Of a DNA stretch of 64,000 nt, positions 11,600 to 25,017 are shown in pieces. The notes beneath the pieces are model-generated. The model was not told the DNA's origin. It did no database searches and saw only the letters and a list, made by a program, of their open reading frames with translations. Numbering within the stretch: position 1 is the stretch's first letter; every line of letters starts with the position of its first letter. The position numbers and the translations under genes are program-made. The DNA lies in NCBI GenBank assembly GCA_951406725.2, contig OX597835.1, positions 1,860,001 to 1,924,000 on the forward strand, in the 5' to 3' direction. The stretch comes from Octopus vulgaris (taxonomy: Eukaryota).

Positions 11600-14500
11600 T
11601 AGCCTTTCTTCCAAGTCCACAACATTTTGGCACAAAGTTAGGACTAGTGAGATTAGTGAAACCCTTGAGCTAAGGGCAGATAAAATGTGTGTAGTGTGCT
11701 AAAGGCACAATAGAGGGCAACCTCAGCTGGATTCCACATGGGCAAAGTACACAAGTACAAATTCTTTTGGGTAGACAGTTGTGATGGTGTGGGAGGTGTA
11801 GGCGTATTTTTGTTAGAAAACTAAGTACCTGAGGTAGTCAGAGTGTGTGATAGGGTAGTTAAGGTTAGTGTTATATAATTTAACAGTTACACTTACTTCT
11901 GCCTATGCTTAGTCTGGGCTGGCAGAGGAACAGAAAGACCAATTTTAGGAGACTCTTTTACAGATTACCTTATTAAAGTTGGTAACTTCAATGGACATGA
12001 ATTCCAGGGAGTGCATCAAGGTTATAGCTTTGGCACTGGAAATGAGGGAACAAAGCTGCCAGAGTTCTGTGATGCAAATGATTTGATTGTCTACAAGACA
12101 AACTTCAGGAAACCAGCCAGCCATCTGATCCCCTATCAATTTAGGGGACATACAAGCCTGGTTTATTATACTCTTACCAGAAATCAGGACAGTCATGCTT
12201 GTAAATGCAAGTTTTTTCTCAGGTGAAAAATGTACAACTGTACATAGGTTAGTGACTTTAGATTCAGAGCGAGAAGGACACAGAGAAACAAACTAGTCTA
12301 GCAAAGAAAGATATGGAAGACCAAAGACCCAGCAATCGGTCAGAAAATTCTAGTTAAAGCATCTGCAAAAAAGGGAGGATTTATAGCAGAGAGGATAACT
12401 GAAAGTTCCTGTGGAACAATCCACTGAGAGCTAAAGGACTAAATCTGTGACTGGTGCAAAATACTGGCCAGTTCAAGGGTGATGTGGTGAGGAAACAGTG
12501 AGGTAGACAAGAGTATAAAAGTGGAAAGACCGGAAAAAAACCCAGAGGCAGCAGACTTATGTCAGACAAGCCAGAAGAGAAGCTGGGGAAAGATTTAGCA
12601 AAGAGAGAAGCAGAAAGTAAGTTTTGCCAATGTTCTTCAGAGTGAGGCTCAGAAGTTTGAGGTGTTCCAGATTGGAAGACAAATGTATCAGAGGAAAATC
12701 AAAATGTTGAAAGGAGTCCGGACGCAGATGGGAAGAGAGTAACACTTGCTCTTAGCGATTCTGGAAGTACTACTATGAAAAGTTAGTAAATATGTTGCCA
12801 ACAGAGGGAGCAGTATCCTTGTTGATAGCAGTATGATAGATAAGACAACCAGGAAAGCCTCCAGTCCACCAGGAACCACTGCTAAAATGCATAGAATATC
12901 CAGTAGAATAGGTTAAGGCCAGCTTTCACCCATGTAATTAATATGGTTAGTCATGGTTTACAGGAAGGAGTCATACACAACGATTGGTAGAGCAGCAGCA
13001 TTATGGTCAGCTGTTACAAGGATAAAGAAAATGCCTAAGGATTACAAAGGTATCAGATTATTGGAACAGGTGAAGAGAAAGAGTTGTAGCCCAATTAATT
13101 AGAAACAGAATTTGGTTAGATGAGACGTTTGGTTTTGTGCCAGAGAGAACTACTGATTCCACCTGCAGGAGAAAAGATTATCTGCCAACATAACATGGTA
13201 GTCCTGGTTTAGGACGAATGTTGCTGTAATTTAGCTCCAGGAGACATTGTCTCTAGCTGGCTGTACGATACAATCTGTGTCCTTATATTTTCAAACAAGG
13301 GAATCTAGCACTCCTACTCAGCTCAAAACAATTATTCTGGGTTATTTCCCTTCATCAGCCCAGAATAACTGTTTGGCTGATGAAGAGAAATAACCCAAAA
13401 ATCGTGATACACAGATACCGTTTTGAGCTGAGTGGGGGTGCTAGATTCCCTTGTTTGAAAATATAAAGGACACAGATCGTGTCGTATAGCCAGCTGGATG
13501 GAGATGATGTCTCCTCGGGCTAAATTCCAGCAACATCCGTCCTAAACCAAGACTGCCATGTTATGTTGGCAGATAATCTTTACTCCAAAGTTCTGTTGCT
13601 GAATATCTCCTCTTGTGAGATTTACAAATAGTAAATTTTCTAACTGCAGCAGAAGTATTTAAAAGTAAGCCATTGTACTCGGCACTCAGTGACATGGTGA
13701 AAGCCCTCAATACTCTCTTGCTCCTTTGTTCAGTAGTCTTTGAGGAAGCTAAGAGTAGACAAATAGCATGTGAGATCCATACGTGCCATGAACAGGTGCT
13801 GTTAGTAAGGTGAGTCAGCTACATGTACAGCAATGAATTTAGAGTATAGGCAAGAGTTAACCACTAATCAGTTCTCTGTCCTTTTTATATTTATTATAGT
13901 CCTTCAGGCCATAACAGAGGGATTTAAGAGGAAATGCATTTGAAACTACTTTATGCCGAAGACTTCATTATTATAGCTGAATCTGTAGTAAAATTAGAAA
14001 AGAATCCCAGGTGTGGAAGCAAAAACCCAGGTTTGAAGGAACTTCAAATTAACTTAGCAAAAACCAAAATTCTAGTAAGTAGGAAAACAGGCAAGAGACT
14101 CTTCTAGCTCAATATGTAGGAGGCTTAGGCAGGCATTCCATACAGTGTACGCAGTGCAAGCTAAGGACACACGAAGGTTAATGGAGAGAGTAGTGTTTGT
14201 ATGTGGAACATAAAGGCCAAAAACACTAAGGACACAAAGGAATATTTTCACAAATGCTCTAGACGCTACCTAGTAGTAGTAGTAGTAGTTTCTGTTATCT
14301 AGGTGACCTAATTAGCAGTGAATTACGATGTTCTGAAAGCATAATTGCCAGAATAAAAATGAGATGGAAGTTTAGAGAGTGACAACCTCTGTTTTTTTTT
14401 CTCGGAGAAAAAGGCAGATTGTATGATGCTTGTGTATGAACAATGCTAGAACATTATAGTGACATACGGGCTCCGAATGCAGAAGACATGTGAACAGTAG

Positions 14501-14700
14501 AGCGGAATGAAAGAGGCTCTGTTGGATGAGCAACATATCAGCGTGTATGCATGGCAAAATGAAAATATTTTGAGAGAAAAATCGGATGACATATAAAGTG
14601 ATGATCATTTAAAGTGGACGGAACTGATGCATGAGGGAGACTCAGGAGGACATGAGATGAAGTAGAGAAAGCTGATTTTAAGATGCTGAACCTCATGCTG
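11600..14700 (+). mobile_element. Decayed RTE-clade LINE (endonuclease and reverse transcriptase), interrupted by a palindromic insertion
   Basis: FNGH, GYSFGTGNEG, EFCDANDLIVYKTNFRKPASHL (endonuclease); DYKGI, FGFVP, LQEK/KPLY, IIVLQAITE and LYAEDF (RT) remnants. Confidence 0.8.
13168..13586. repeat. ~420-bp foldback (inverted-repeat) insertion
   Basis: aaagattatctgccaacataacatgg... mirrored by ...ccatgttatgttggcagataatcttt; arms ~160 bp plus nested inner inverted repeats. Confidence 0.9.
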
Positions 14701-15149
14701 ACCCCTGCCCTGTCAAGCATTCCACACATCTTACCCATTCCTGTCTTGGCAGCAGAATCAGCACATATCATACCCACCCACCCCTTTTTTTATGCTACCA
14801 GTTACCTCCTCTGTCCCTTGGAGCCATTATCTATTAACATCCATTCTTTCCTCCACATTTTCACAGATCACTCCCTTTCTGTATCTTCAGCCTTCCATAT
14901 CCCATTCTCATATTTACTATCCTCCCTCCACTATAGCCAGAGAGATGAAGATCAAAAGCACCTCGTCACCACCATCATCTTTTCAGCTACTCCCATAGGG
15001 TAGCCATGCATTTCGGCCATAGCAAGACAGTCAACTTTAGCCCCTCAAAACCTAGCAAAAGGATGCTTCCCCCTTCTTAAACACCCCCAACACATTAACC
15101 AAGGGGACTTTATCCTTTCCTTCTCATACAAATTACTTGACAACCTCAC

Positions 15150-15345
15150 TACTGCTGCCAGCAACACAAAACAAGCACCCAGTTGTCCACCCTGTAAAGC
15201 GGTTGGCATTAGGAAGGGCCTCGTCCAGCTGTAGAAATCATGCCAAAGCAGACACTGGAGCTCAACAGTCCCGGAGCTTGTCAGAACCTGTCAAACCTTC
15301 CAACACATGCCACTAGAGAAAACAGGTGTTAAATGATAATGATGC
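15150..15345 (+). mobile_element. RTE-tail-type short repeat (ggttggcattaggaagggc...gttaaatgatgatg family)
   Basis: Related copies at ~24680-24830(-), 26930-27200(+), 27570-27715(-), 45230-45390(-), 56225-56515(+) and 62020-62160(+). Confidence 0.65.
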
Positions 15346-15559
15346 ACATACACATGGCTATAAACATGCATAATTATGTGTTATTCTCATTTTGCCTACC
15401 TCTGAAGTATATTGTATTCCTATAAACAGGTTTTTGTCCTAGACACAAAACTGCAGTTTCTGGCTTTTCAATGATACAAATACAGGATGTTTGGGCTAAA
15501 TTTGGTGATTTTTTTAATGTCCCCTATTTTTTCTGGAACAGCTTGGTGTATTTGTGAAC

Positions 15560-15990
15560 AGTTAAGGGCGTTGGAGAGCAAAAAGATTAAAATTGTAATT
15601 GAGAAAAAGTTAGCTAACAAGGAGGACCGGAGGACATTTGAATATCAGAGAAGAGTTATCTGTATCCCGACTGCTGCTGCTGCTCAATGCTGTGACCACT
15701 GGGGACACGGCAGATGGTCTGACTGCATCCACATCGTTGAGCAGGGCCTTAGGCTCAATTCAGACAGTTGTGTGAAGCTGATGGAAGATTCTACGGGTAG
15801 TGGCAGGATTCAGTTCCTTGCCAAAAAGTGACAAGTGATTACTGGAGACTTTCTACAACTTTGCCAGCAACCAATGTCTGGCTTTCTATGGATTGCGTAT
15901 GGGGTGTGGGTGAGAAAAGACGCAAGGCCAAGGCCAAGCTGAAGGTGTTTGAATAGCTTTCAAGGAAATGCATGTGCCAGGTTCTGGAGT
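15560..15990 (+). mobile_element. Highly decayed Tc1/mariner-like transposase fragment
   Basis: HIVEQGLRLNSDSCVKLME and VWGVGEK remnants. Confidence 0.45.
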
Positions 15991-18931
15991 CATGGAGAAA
16001 ACTGAAAGTAGCTCCCCTGCCATAATCTGGTAAATATTTTTAAAATACTTTTATTTTTGGCTGGGACATTCTTTCTTTTTCCTTTTATGCAAACTCTTAA
16101 ATTTAGCCTGAACACTATATATGTTATGTAATATATGTATACACACATATATATATATATATAGCTTATATACACACATATACAATGGGCTTCCTCTATT
16201 TCCAAATCCTCTCAAAAGCCCAAGGTTATAGTAACAGACACTTGTCAAAGGTAGTACACTGTGCAATCTAATCTGAAGCTATGCTGTTGCAAAGTAAACT
16301 CCTTCACCACAAAACAATGCCTGACTGACTTCATTTATATATATATTTATATGTGTGAGTGTGAGTGGACAAATGAAAGAGGCACTCAACAGGTTTAGTA
16401 GGAGTCACATGTATTATCTAAAATTGAAGAGGCCTTGAATGGGAGGAGGGGGGATCTGTCATATATATATATATTTATACATAGTTTACTCTGATTATCA
16501 TTTAAGCTACACATAGTACTGCTGTAGCATGTGTGCTGTGTACACTCCTACAACACAGTTGTCTTTACACACGATAAAAGGCAGAATTAAATCTGCCTGC
16601 AACTCAGTCGCATGCCTGTATTTCGTTTATTTTTTGTGTTTTTTACTACATAAAGGCCACCAACTGTCTACCCTGAGTAATTACTGACAGCATGTGCCAG
16701 ATATATATGTACGCAAACACACAAAATAGAAACAGTTGGAATAATTTAATGCCCAGTCTGCCAAAGTGCAGGAGCTAGGTAGAATTATTCACTATTAGAA
16801 TTAATGATATATAGAAAATATTTCAAAGGTAAGGTTTAATCGTATAAATAGACCTGTTTTTTTTTTCAATTTTGTAAATTCATTCCCTCCTGCCCCCCTA
16901 TTTGTTAATATGTCCGGCAGCAGACCCTTGTTCAAACTGTATTACTAATTCCTCAGTCACATGTAACATTATATTTGAGTCTGAATATCTGTTATTATTC
17001 TCAAACACAACCATTGTCCCTCCTTCTGTTTTCTACTCTATAAATTGCCCATACCTCTAAAAACCAAGTAGATATTGTTGATAAATGATAAATGACAGGG
17101 TGGTATTGAGTAGCCATTACAGGGAAAGAAAGTTTTTCAACTCAAGAAAATATCTGAAAAGTGTGAAGGGACACAGCAAAATAGCAAAGTGAATTATTTG
17201 AAATAATGATGGGGGATAACGAGTGATGATAATCATTTAGGTTTGTTTGTCAGTGTATGAAGGAAGGGATTCATTAGCAATGCCCAAATGAGTTTGAATA
17301 AGTAATTGGGAAGAAAAGAAAATTCATATTGGGTGCACCAAAACACTTGTACATTCCCTAAGAAATGGAAATTTTAGCTAAGATTTAAATTTTTATTGAA
17401 CCATGAAACATCTACAATAGTGACAAATGAGTGAGAGCACCTAATGTTGAAGTTTTTATCTGAAATATAATGTAGAAAATATATTGAAGATCATCAGACC
17501 AGAGACAGACTAAGGACAGTAGCTGGTCTACAAATGTGATAGAAGAGGCAAGTTAGAAATATATAAAGTGTGAGGAACAGCTCTTCATCTACACAAACGA
17601 AGACCTAAAAACAGGGCTGCAAGTGGTAAGAGATAGGTTTTAGCTATTTGCTGATATTTAAACATTTGAGGAGAGATAAAGGAAACTTACCTCAATATAA
17701 CAACAATAATTCTCAATAAAAAAATAATAAAAAAAAAGGACGGCTGTGTCATGCTGGAGCAATAAATGTATGAGGATGATAGTCAAAGTTGGGCAGTGAG
17801 AGCTGAAGACAAGTATTTTATAGAGGCTGAACTGTAAACATTCATTCAAATCTGACCAAAAGAGAGATTGAAGTTCCTTCGAACAAAAATCAAATCAAAA
17901 CAATTTCTATTCATCAAATTAGAAATATTAGAAATATGACTTTTGTCATCAAGCATTGGAAAAAAAAAAAAAAAAAAAATTAAACAAAAAACTTACAAAT
18001 AAAAAAAATTTAATTTGAATACATGTTTTCTTAGTATTTTTTTTTTTTTTTATTTCCTTGGAAAAAATGTTTGTAGTTTGGATTTGAGTGTATCATGGCT
18101 ACTTGAACAAAAGATGAAATGTATTTTAATCTGTCCTTGGTACTGGATATTTAGAAAATGTTTCAAAGGAGAATAAGGGAGTTGAAGCCCATATACCATG
18201 GGGGAAAGTGGGAGGATTAAAGCTAGTTGAATATAAGCAACCACTACAAATATGAGAGAAGGCAAACTAAAATCTGAAACTGCAGCTTCCATTGCTCAAA
18301 TATAATCAATCATTGACTGAGTTGGTCCTTAAAGCCCTTAAGGGAAAGGAGGAGCCATTTTTAGATAAGTTTCCCAAACGTATGGCAAATTTGGATAAGA
18401 CTATAAATATTCTTTTTAAATTTTGCAGGCATACATTTTTTTGGAAAGATTTGGGAAACTTTAAACATATATATATCAATATTGAAATTTTAGACTAAAT
18501 TACCTTACAACTAAAATTTTATTTTCTATAAATAGAATAAGTAACAGGAATGAGAAATTATAAACTTTTATAACTTGAAAAACTGAAATGAACAAATTCT
18601 AAAATAGGAATTTATTTCTTGCCTTGCAGTAAGTTGTCTAGATGCGAATAAAAAAATAAGTTATGAACATGAACATTTCTCATACAAATACAACAGAGTG
18701 GTCATCTCAACACAGGGAGGAGGAGGAGGAAAGGGGGAGGGGGTACTGCACACAGCACACAATGGGGTCGGGGAGCCTGCTTAGTGAGCAAGGCAAACAG
18801 ACTTTGAAAAAGTTTAGGTGAGCAAAGCGGCAAGAGAACTTTTCAATGTTTGAAGTGTTTATTTTAAGAGGTAAAAGTTTGAGGCAGTTAAACTTTCTGT
18901 TAGTGCAGATAGATTGTTTACTGTCACCAGC

Positions 18932-18964
<33 letters not shown>

Positions 18965-19686
18965 ACCATCATTGTTGCTATAGATACTGGCCTGTACTGG
19001 AAAGTAGATTAACACACACACACACACATCTTCAACTATCAAATCTAAGCAAGCAAACTCTTTAAAACATTTTGGCCAAACAATATTTACAGATAATTAA
19101 GGCCATCTCAGATAAGTGTTTGGTTTGTCTATTCTTCTTGCACTCAACATTGTTGGAATTGAGGGTCAAAGAAAAGAGGGGGGAAAAAACATCAAACAAC
19201 AAAATAAATAACTTAAAAGATAAGTTGGAAACATTTGGGTTTTACAAAATTTCTGGAGTGTTCATTTCTGAGGTAGGGGACAAAAATAAAAAAAAAAACA
19301 AAATAAAAAATTTTTTAAAATAGTCATCAGACTTGGTCAACTTCAATTTTTACTTTGCCTTTACAAAAAGAGGAGAACGAAAATGAAAAGATGTGGGAAG
19401 GGTTTAATAAAAGACAGTTTTAGAGAGTGACAAAATGAAAAATTATACAAATGTTATACAAATATTTACACCTATGACTGATATCCACCTTTGTTGTTTT
19501 AACATTAAAAGGTTGAGGGACAGGGCCTTACAAACACAAGAGTTCATCACATCAAACATGAGACAGCAATTCTCTTATTTAGCAGTTTTAAATAAAAGTG
19601 AAAGTGAATGGGGATCATGTGTAGGTGTGTGTATGTTTTGTGTGTGTATGTGTGTGTGTGTGTGTATGACATGTACACTCAAGCGT

Positions 19687-19714
19687 TTTATTGGAAAAAA
19701 AGGTTTATTTTATT
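19687..19714 (-). promoter_or_regulatory. Cluster of three AATAAA hexamers, possible polyadenylation signals of the CK1 3' UTR
   Basis: tttatt at 19687, 19704 and 19709, ~1.4 kb past the stop codon; such hexamers are common in AT-rich DNA. Confidence 0.25.
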
Positions 19715-20869
19715 GCAATCAATGCACATCAGTATTTTCTTTTAAAACAAAATTGCTGTTTTCCTCTTTTTTTTGAAGAAGGAAACAAGTTTAAGATTCC
19801 ATGAAATGCAACAAACAATTAAAATCAGGAAAGTGATATAAAGGGGGCGTGGGGACAGATCTACAAAGCCGAAAATGACAGTGGAAGGGTGGGAGAATGG
19901 GTTAAGGGCTGGGGGTGGTAACTTGGAAATTTTTCTCTAATACATAAAACACCGAGATGGCTAACTGGCTATCTCTGGTGATACAATGCTGAAAAGACTC
20001 CAAACACAAGCAAATAACATATCTAAGTTATTAAACAATTTTTTTCTTTTTTTTTTTCTTTGGAACATGGTATTAAACAGAAGAGACAGCTTCTCTTAAG
20101 AATGGCTTTGAAGCTTGTTTTGGAATGGACCATACAGTAGAAGAAAGAAAAAAATTTGGAAAAAAAAAAGGCAAAGTATATTTAACTATAAAATATCTTG
20201 CTTGGGAAAAACAATAGCTTCTATATACAAAATGATGAACGTGTCAAATGCAAGGGAGTTAGCAATATGAGGTTTTGGTTTTATTTTGCACATTACTACT
20301 TGTCGTCTTCAATTGGTTTCTGGGGAATAAGAATTCCAAAAATGTCCAAAACATAATGTGGCACCTACTGTTTGCATTTGTTGCTCCTAGAAAACTTTAA
20401 ATCCTAGAGAACGGCAGAAGAAAGTTCAATTGCAGCAGTAATACAAGAAACAGTCAGGGCGCCAACTTGAACAGAATGAACAAGGGTACCACAATTCCTA
20501 AAGTTCTGTCTGTGGGTTTCGATGCAGAACAAGCATTTCGTAACTCTTCTTAGCACTGTAGTAGTAGTAGTAGTAGTAGTAGTAATCACCACCCACACCA
20601 ATTCATTTTCCCCTAAATCTAACTGTGCCTAAAACCTAGAACCCAATTAGCTGCTAAGATGATTAATTCAGCTAAAAGAAAAACAGAAAGACCCCTAGAA
20701 ATGAAAGAAAGGTTGCAAAGTGGTTGTGATAGGTAGGCGTACAGTGCACATCTGACATTAAGACAAGCAGTCATGTGTGCGTGTGTGGTGTGTGTGTGTG
20801 TATAAAATTGATCTGGCAGCTTCAGTGGAGCTATTATGGCTGTCTTATAACAACGACCACCGTTCAATA

Positions 20870-21015
20870 TCGTGGTGGTGGTGGTGGTGGTGGTGGTGGT
20901 AGTAGTAATAATAGTGATGTGTGACAAGTGACAAGTGGTCTGCAGAGACAAGTGGCACACAAACATACACACACACATACGTACACACAGACACACACAC
21001 ATACGTACACACACT
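20870..21015. repeat. (GGT)n/(GTA)n and (CA)n microsatellites in the CK1 3' UTR
   Basis: Direct inspection. Confidence 0.7.
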
Positions 21016-21080
21016 TCTGACCAGCAGCTTTTTTTCTCTTAATTTTATTCATTGTAATTTGTTTATTGTTTTAATTATTT

Positions 21081-21316
21081 TTATTTGCGCAAGTGTCTCG
21101 AAGAAGTTGACCGTCCAGTTGTCTCATCTTTGGAAGCACTGCCTCGTCGAAGTCCTGAATTAATTTGTGCTGATGGTGGAATCATATTTGATTGAACAGG
21201 ATTATTTGGAACTCTAATTTGATCCTTGTTAACCTCAGTGCTAGTGGGGAGACCCCGATGTAGCCTGCTGCTACTGCGTTTCTCTCGCTCTCGTGTTCCA
21301 GGTCGTGTTCCAGACA
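21081..21316 (-). CDS. CSNK1D: CK1 delta/epsilon conserved terminal exon: (M)SGTRPGTREREKRSSSRLHRGLPTSTEVNKDQIRVPNNPVQSNMIPPSAQINSGLRRGSASKDETTGRSTSSRHLRK*
   Basis: Strong acceptor (ttcctttttTcag); phase 1 matches the 52295 donor; EREKRSSSRLHRG aligns with vertebrate ERERKVSMRLHRG. Confidence 0.88.
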
Positions 21317-22143
21317 CTGAAAAAAGGAAAAGGAAAGAAGACATGAAAAAATATCTAAATATAACAATAATGAGAGGAAATTTAAAAAAATTTTTTTTTT
21401 AAATGCTTTAAGTTTCACAGGAACACACAAAACTATGAACAAGTGATATCTGTTACAGGTACTTGTTACATACAGGATATTCACTGCAGTTTCCCAAATG
21501 CTTGAAATTTTGTCATAAACCTGAAGTGACAAACAATGAATGCTCTTCAAAAACGAGAAATCTAACCAAATAATCTATTCTACTGTCAATGTATTATTTG
21601 TGTAAAATAGTTGAAATGGACCAATTTAAATTGAAACAACCAGTAAGAAATAGTGAGTGCATATCTATAAGACAGCAGCTTCTTGGTAGAGGGGGAGAAA
21701 AAAGGGAAGAGAGATTAATTTTTGCTAGGACACGGTTACAAATTGATGGTAGTGCAACAACTGCAAATAGTTTGGGGCAGATTTTGGAATATTTATTCCC
21801 CCAGCACCATCAAAGACACTGGTTGAAGAGAACATCATTGGTAGATATTTTATTGATATTGGAAAGAGATGAACAGAATCATCAACCATGCTAGGATTAT
21901 AAACGAGATTATAAGGCATTTGGTTCCATACACAACCAATTCTGCCAGTTTACTGCTCTTATTTGGTGGGTGGAATTTTAAATATCTTGGGAGAGATGAA
22001 AATGCCATAAGAATGTGTTGAACTTGTTGATGAAGACAGGCTTCTATGAACTTCTATACTGACTAAAGGGTGACAAGAAGCTCCTACACCGACCCACCCC
22101 TGCAAGCTAACCACCATCACCACCACCTCCTCTGCTCACTCAT

Positions 22144-22310
22144 TTAACCTCTTGATATTTAAATCAGCCTCTCACACCTATCTTACAATGTCATTTTAAC
22201 AATAAGCAATCACATCACTGACATCTCAAAGCTAGAAGTTAATGCATGATTAATCCAAAGCAATGGGAATAAATAAGGATTACATTTGAGAGAGTAATCT
22301 GAGTGGCAAA
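22144..22310. mobile_element. Decayed piggyBac-like MITE copy
   Basis: Shares ctctcacacc...acaatgtcatt...aatcacatca...gagtaatctga with copies at 24125-24345, 56051-56538 and 57666-57878. Confidence 0.55.
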
Positions 22311-24124
22311 GTATTTGGACACCTGACGTTTCATTAACTATACAGGTGCTACCTTCATGTCGTGTGCATCTGGAGAAAGCACTAAGAAACTACAATATCC
22401 ACCGACCCAACACACCACCATCATAAGCGAAGACACCTTTAATACTTTACTACAACAGAAGCCAATGTCATTGCCTTTTTAATAGGAAACTTTTCCATCT
22501 AAAAGTCAATTTTGGGTGATTTCAATTCTGACAGTTTTAGTGAGGCAAAAGTTGATAGTGATAGATCAAGATACAGTTAATTAGCTGAAGAATTTATTTT
22601 AAATCTATGAAATATAACCCAACCCACATATCATCAGCAAGGCTGGCACTTGGTAAAATTAAAACAGAGTAGCTTTAATCTTCAACGAGTCCTTGTTTCT
22701 TCTCAAGTCTATGCTGTAAATGTATCTGATTCTAGTGAACAATACAACATGAACATGATGATGATGATGATGATGCAGTGGTGTGGGGGAGAGGTGCAAG
22801 TTTAGCTTTCTTCTCTGTGTGTGAAATAAATAAACTAATCGAAGCTGGTGCCTTGACTTGAAGAGTTTTACCACTGAAGATTATTCTCAGTTGGTTCTTT
22901 AGTAACCAACTGAGAAAGAGTAGAGTACTACAACTACTACTACTACTACCTGCAAGGTGTATATTTCACAGTGTGGGCCTAGCCGTGTGATTTACTTCAC
23001 AATTCCAAAACACCACAGGTAAATGTCTTCTATTGTAGCCTCTGGTTAGCCAATGCCTTGCAAGTGGAATTCGGTCAACAACTATAGAGATGCTCATCGT
23101 ATGTGTGTGTGTGTATTGTGTTAATTGAGCTCTGCCAGTGAAAAGTATGAGTCAAGTTGTACTCTTTTTAAAAGGTAAAGTAATTAGGTCATTCAATAAA
23201 GGTTGGTCAAATAAGTACAAGACTAAAATGTTACTTACTGAGATTGATCTGACTAAAATACAGTTGAATGATCAAACTACTAAAAGAATCACAGAGAAAT
23301 CAATTGATAAACCAACAGAAATTACTTTGCAGCATCAAAATGTACTCCTGCTCAATAATACAATATAAAAGTTTATATCTTTCGCTCTTGAGTATATCTA
23401 AAACAATAGTAGTTGTGGTGGCCAAATACAAAATAAATGCCTGTAACTGAGTTAACCATCTGAAACATTCACACTGAAATCCCCAGCTCTATTTCCTGTG
23501 CACTAGAATATAAAAACCTGTAGAAAAATGAAAATTGCAACAACAAAGTTCCCTGCTGAAATCTACTATAAAATTGCATTTCACACATTGCGCTCAACTA
23601 AGAAAATATTCTCCAAGATGGTAGGGCTCAGTCCACAGGATGAGTGATGAGTAAAAGGAGTGAAAATTCCATGTGTAAATTATAAATTTGGGAGCCCCAA
23701 AATGTTCTTGGCTGGATGTGATCAGCAGGTTGTTGATAAATATAACATGCTTACACAAGACAAATGGTGCCTTAGATGACCAGCGTAATTTCAAGAGAAG
23801 GAGGAACTAAAAACAAAGGTTGAGGATCATTTTTTCCAGATATATAACCTCTAGAGTGTGTTACCTGCTTGCTACAAATAGTAGCCAAAATCACTCTCCA
23901 GCAGCATAAAAAAAAGAGGGACACGTTTGATATTGTTTTGTTGGGTCTGGAGGAAGGAATAGTACCCATGGTCTTCACAGACCCTCTATGACTGATGAGA
24001 AGATTGATGCCATTGTTGCTTAAACTGCTTCAAGCCAACTCCTGCAGAGATCAAGGGGCAGTCAATTTTGATAAGAGGCTTTGCTCAAGTCAAGTGTGAC
24101 AGCACTGTTTCCACTAAGTTTCTC

Positions 24125-24345
24125 TCACTTGTTAGTATTTAAACTGACCAGATCTGGCCTAAATATTCTATCAGTTGTATTTCAAAACAGCCAGATCCAG
24201 CATCTTACACTTACGCTACAATGTCATTTTAAAATTAAACAATTATGCCATCGAAATCTTGAAGCTACGAGACAGTGTACGACTAATCCAAAACAATGAA
24301 AGTAAGCATTACATTTGACAGGATAATCTGAATGGTAAAGGGTAA
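24125..24345. mobile_element. piggyBac-like MITE copy
   Basis: Same body; ends aatctgaatggtaaagggtaaa. Confidence 0.6.
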
Positions 24346-24979
24346 AGGTACCCAGAGAGTAGAGTATGTCTTTAATGGATTCGGTTTAATGAAAGATGTA
24401 CTAGTGGTTGTTGGTGAAGAGAGAGCAAGTCAAAGTAATGAAGAATGTTGTTGCTAATGGTTGTCTCCATTAGTTTCGAAATATTAGAAATGAGTAATAG
24501 GAAAATAATTGGCAAGATCAGAGCGGATTACTTTTCTTGGGGGAGATGCATGCAGAGAATGTAGGAGTGAGGATTGCAAAAAGAAATTTGGTTTCTGTAC
24601 CAGCAGCAGAAGAATGAAACGAGTGGGAGAGACACTACGTGTAATACGACTCCCAGTATGTATATATATGATCATCATCACTTAATATCCACTTTCCATG
24701 CTGGCATGAGTTGGACAGTTTGACAGAAGCAAGCCAAAGAACTGCACCAAGCTCCTCTCCGCTTTGGCATAGTCTTTACAGCTGGATGCTTTCCATGTAC
24801 GAGCACCAAAAAGGTTGCCAAGTAACTTGCAGAACAAAGGTCGTTTAGATGGCAGCTTTGTGCCAGATGAAGAGAACTGATAGAGGGACAGAAACATGTG
24901 TCTTGTAAAGAAGATACATTGTTATTCCAGTCAGAGATGAGAGAGAGAGAGAGAGAGAGTGAAAATGAAAGAAGCAAGG

Positions 24980-25017
<38 letters not shown>

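Noticed and set aside
21291-21313. 11-nt repeat with 12-nt period in the last exon (GTRP-GTRE)
   Set aside because: A simple in-frame slippage duplication in a disordered tail; no further significance evident.
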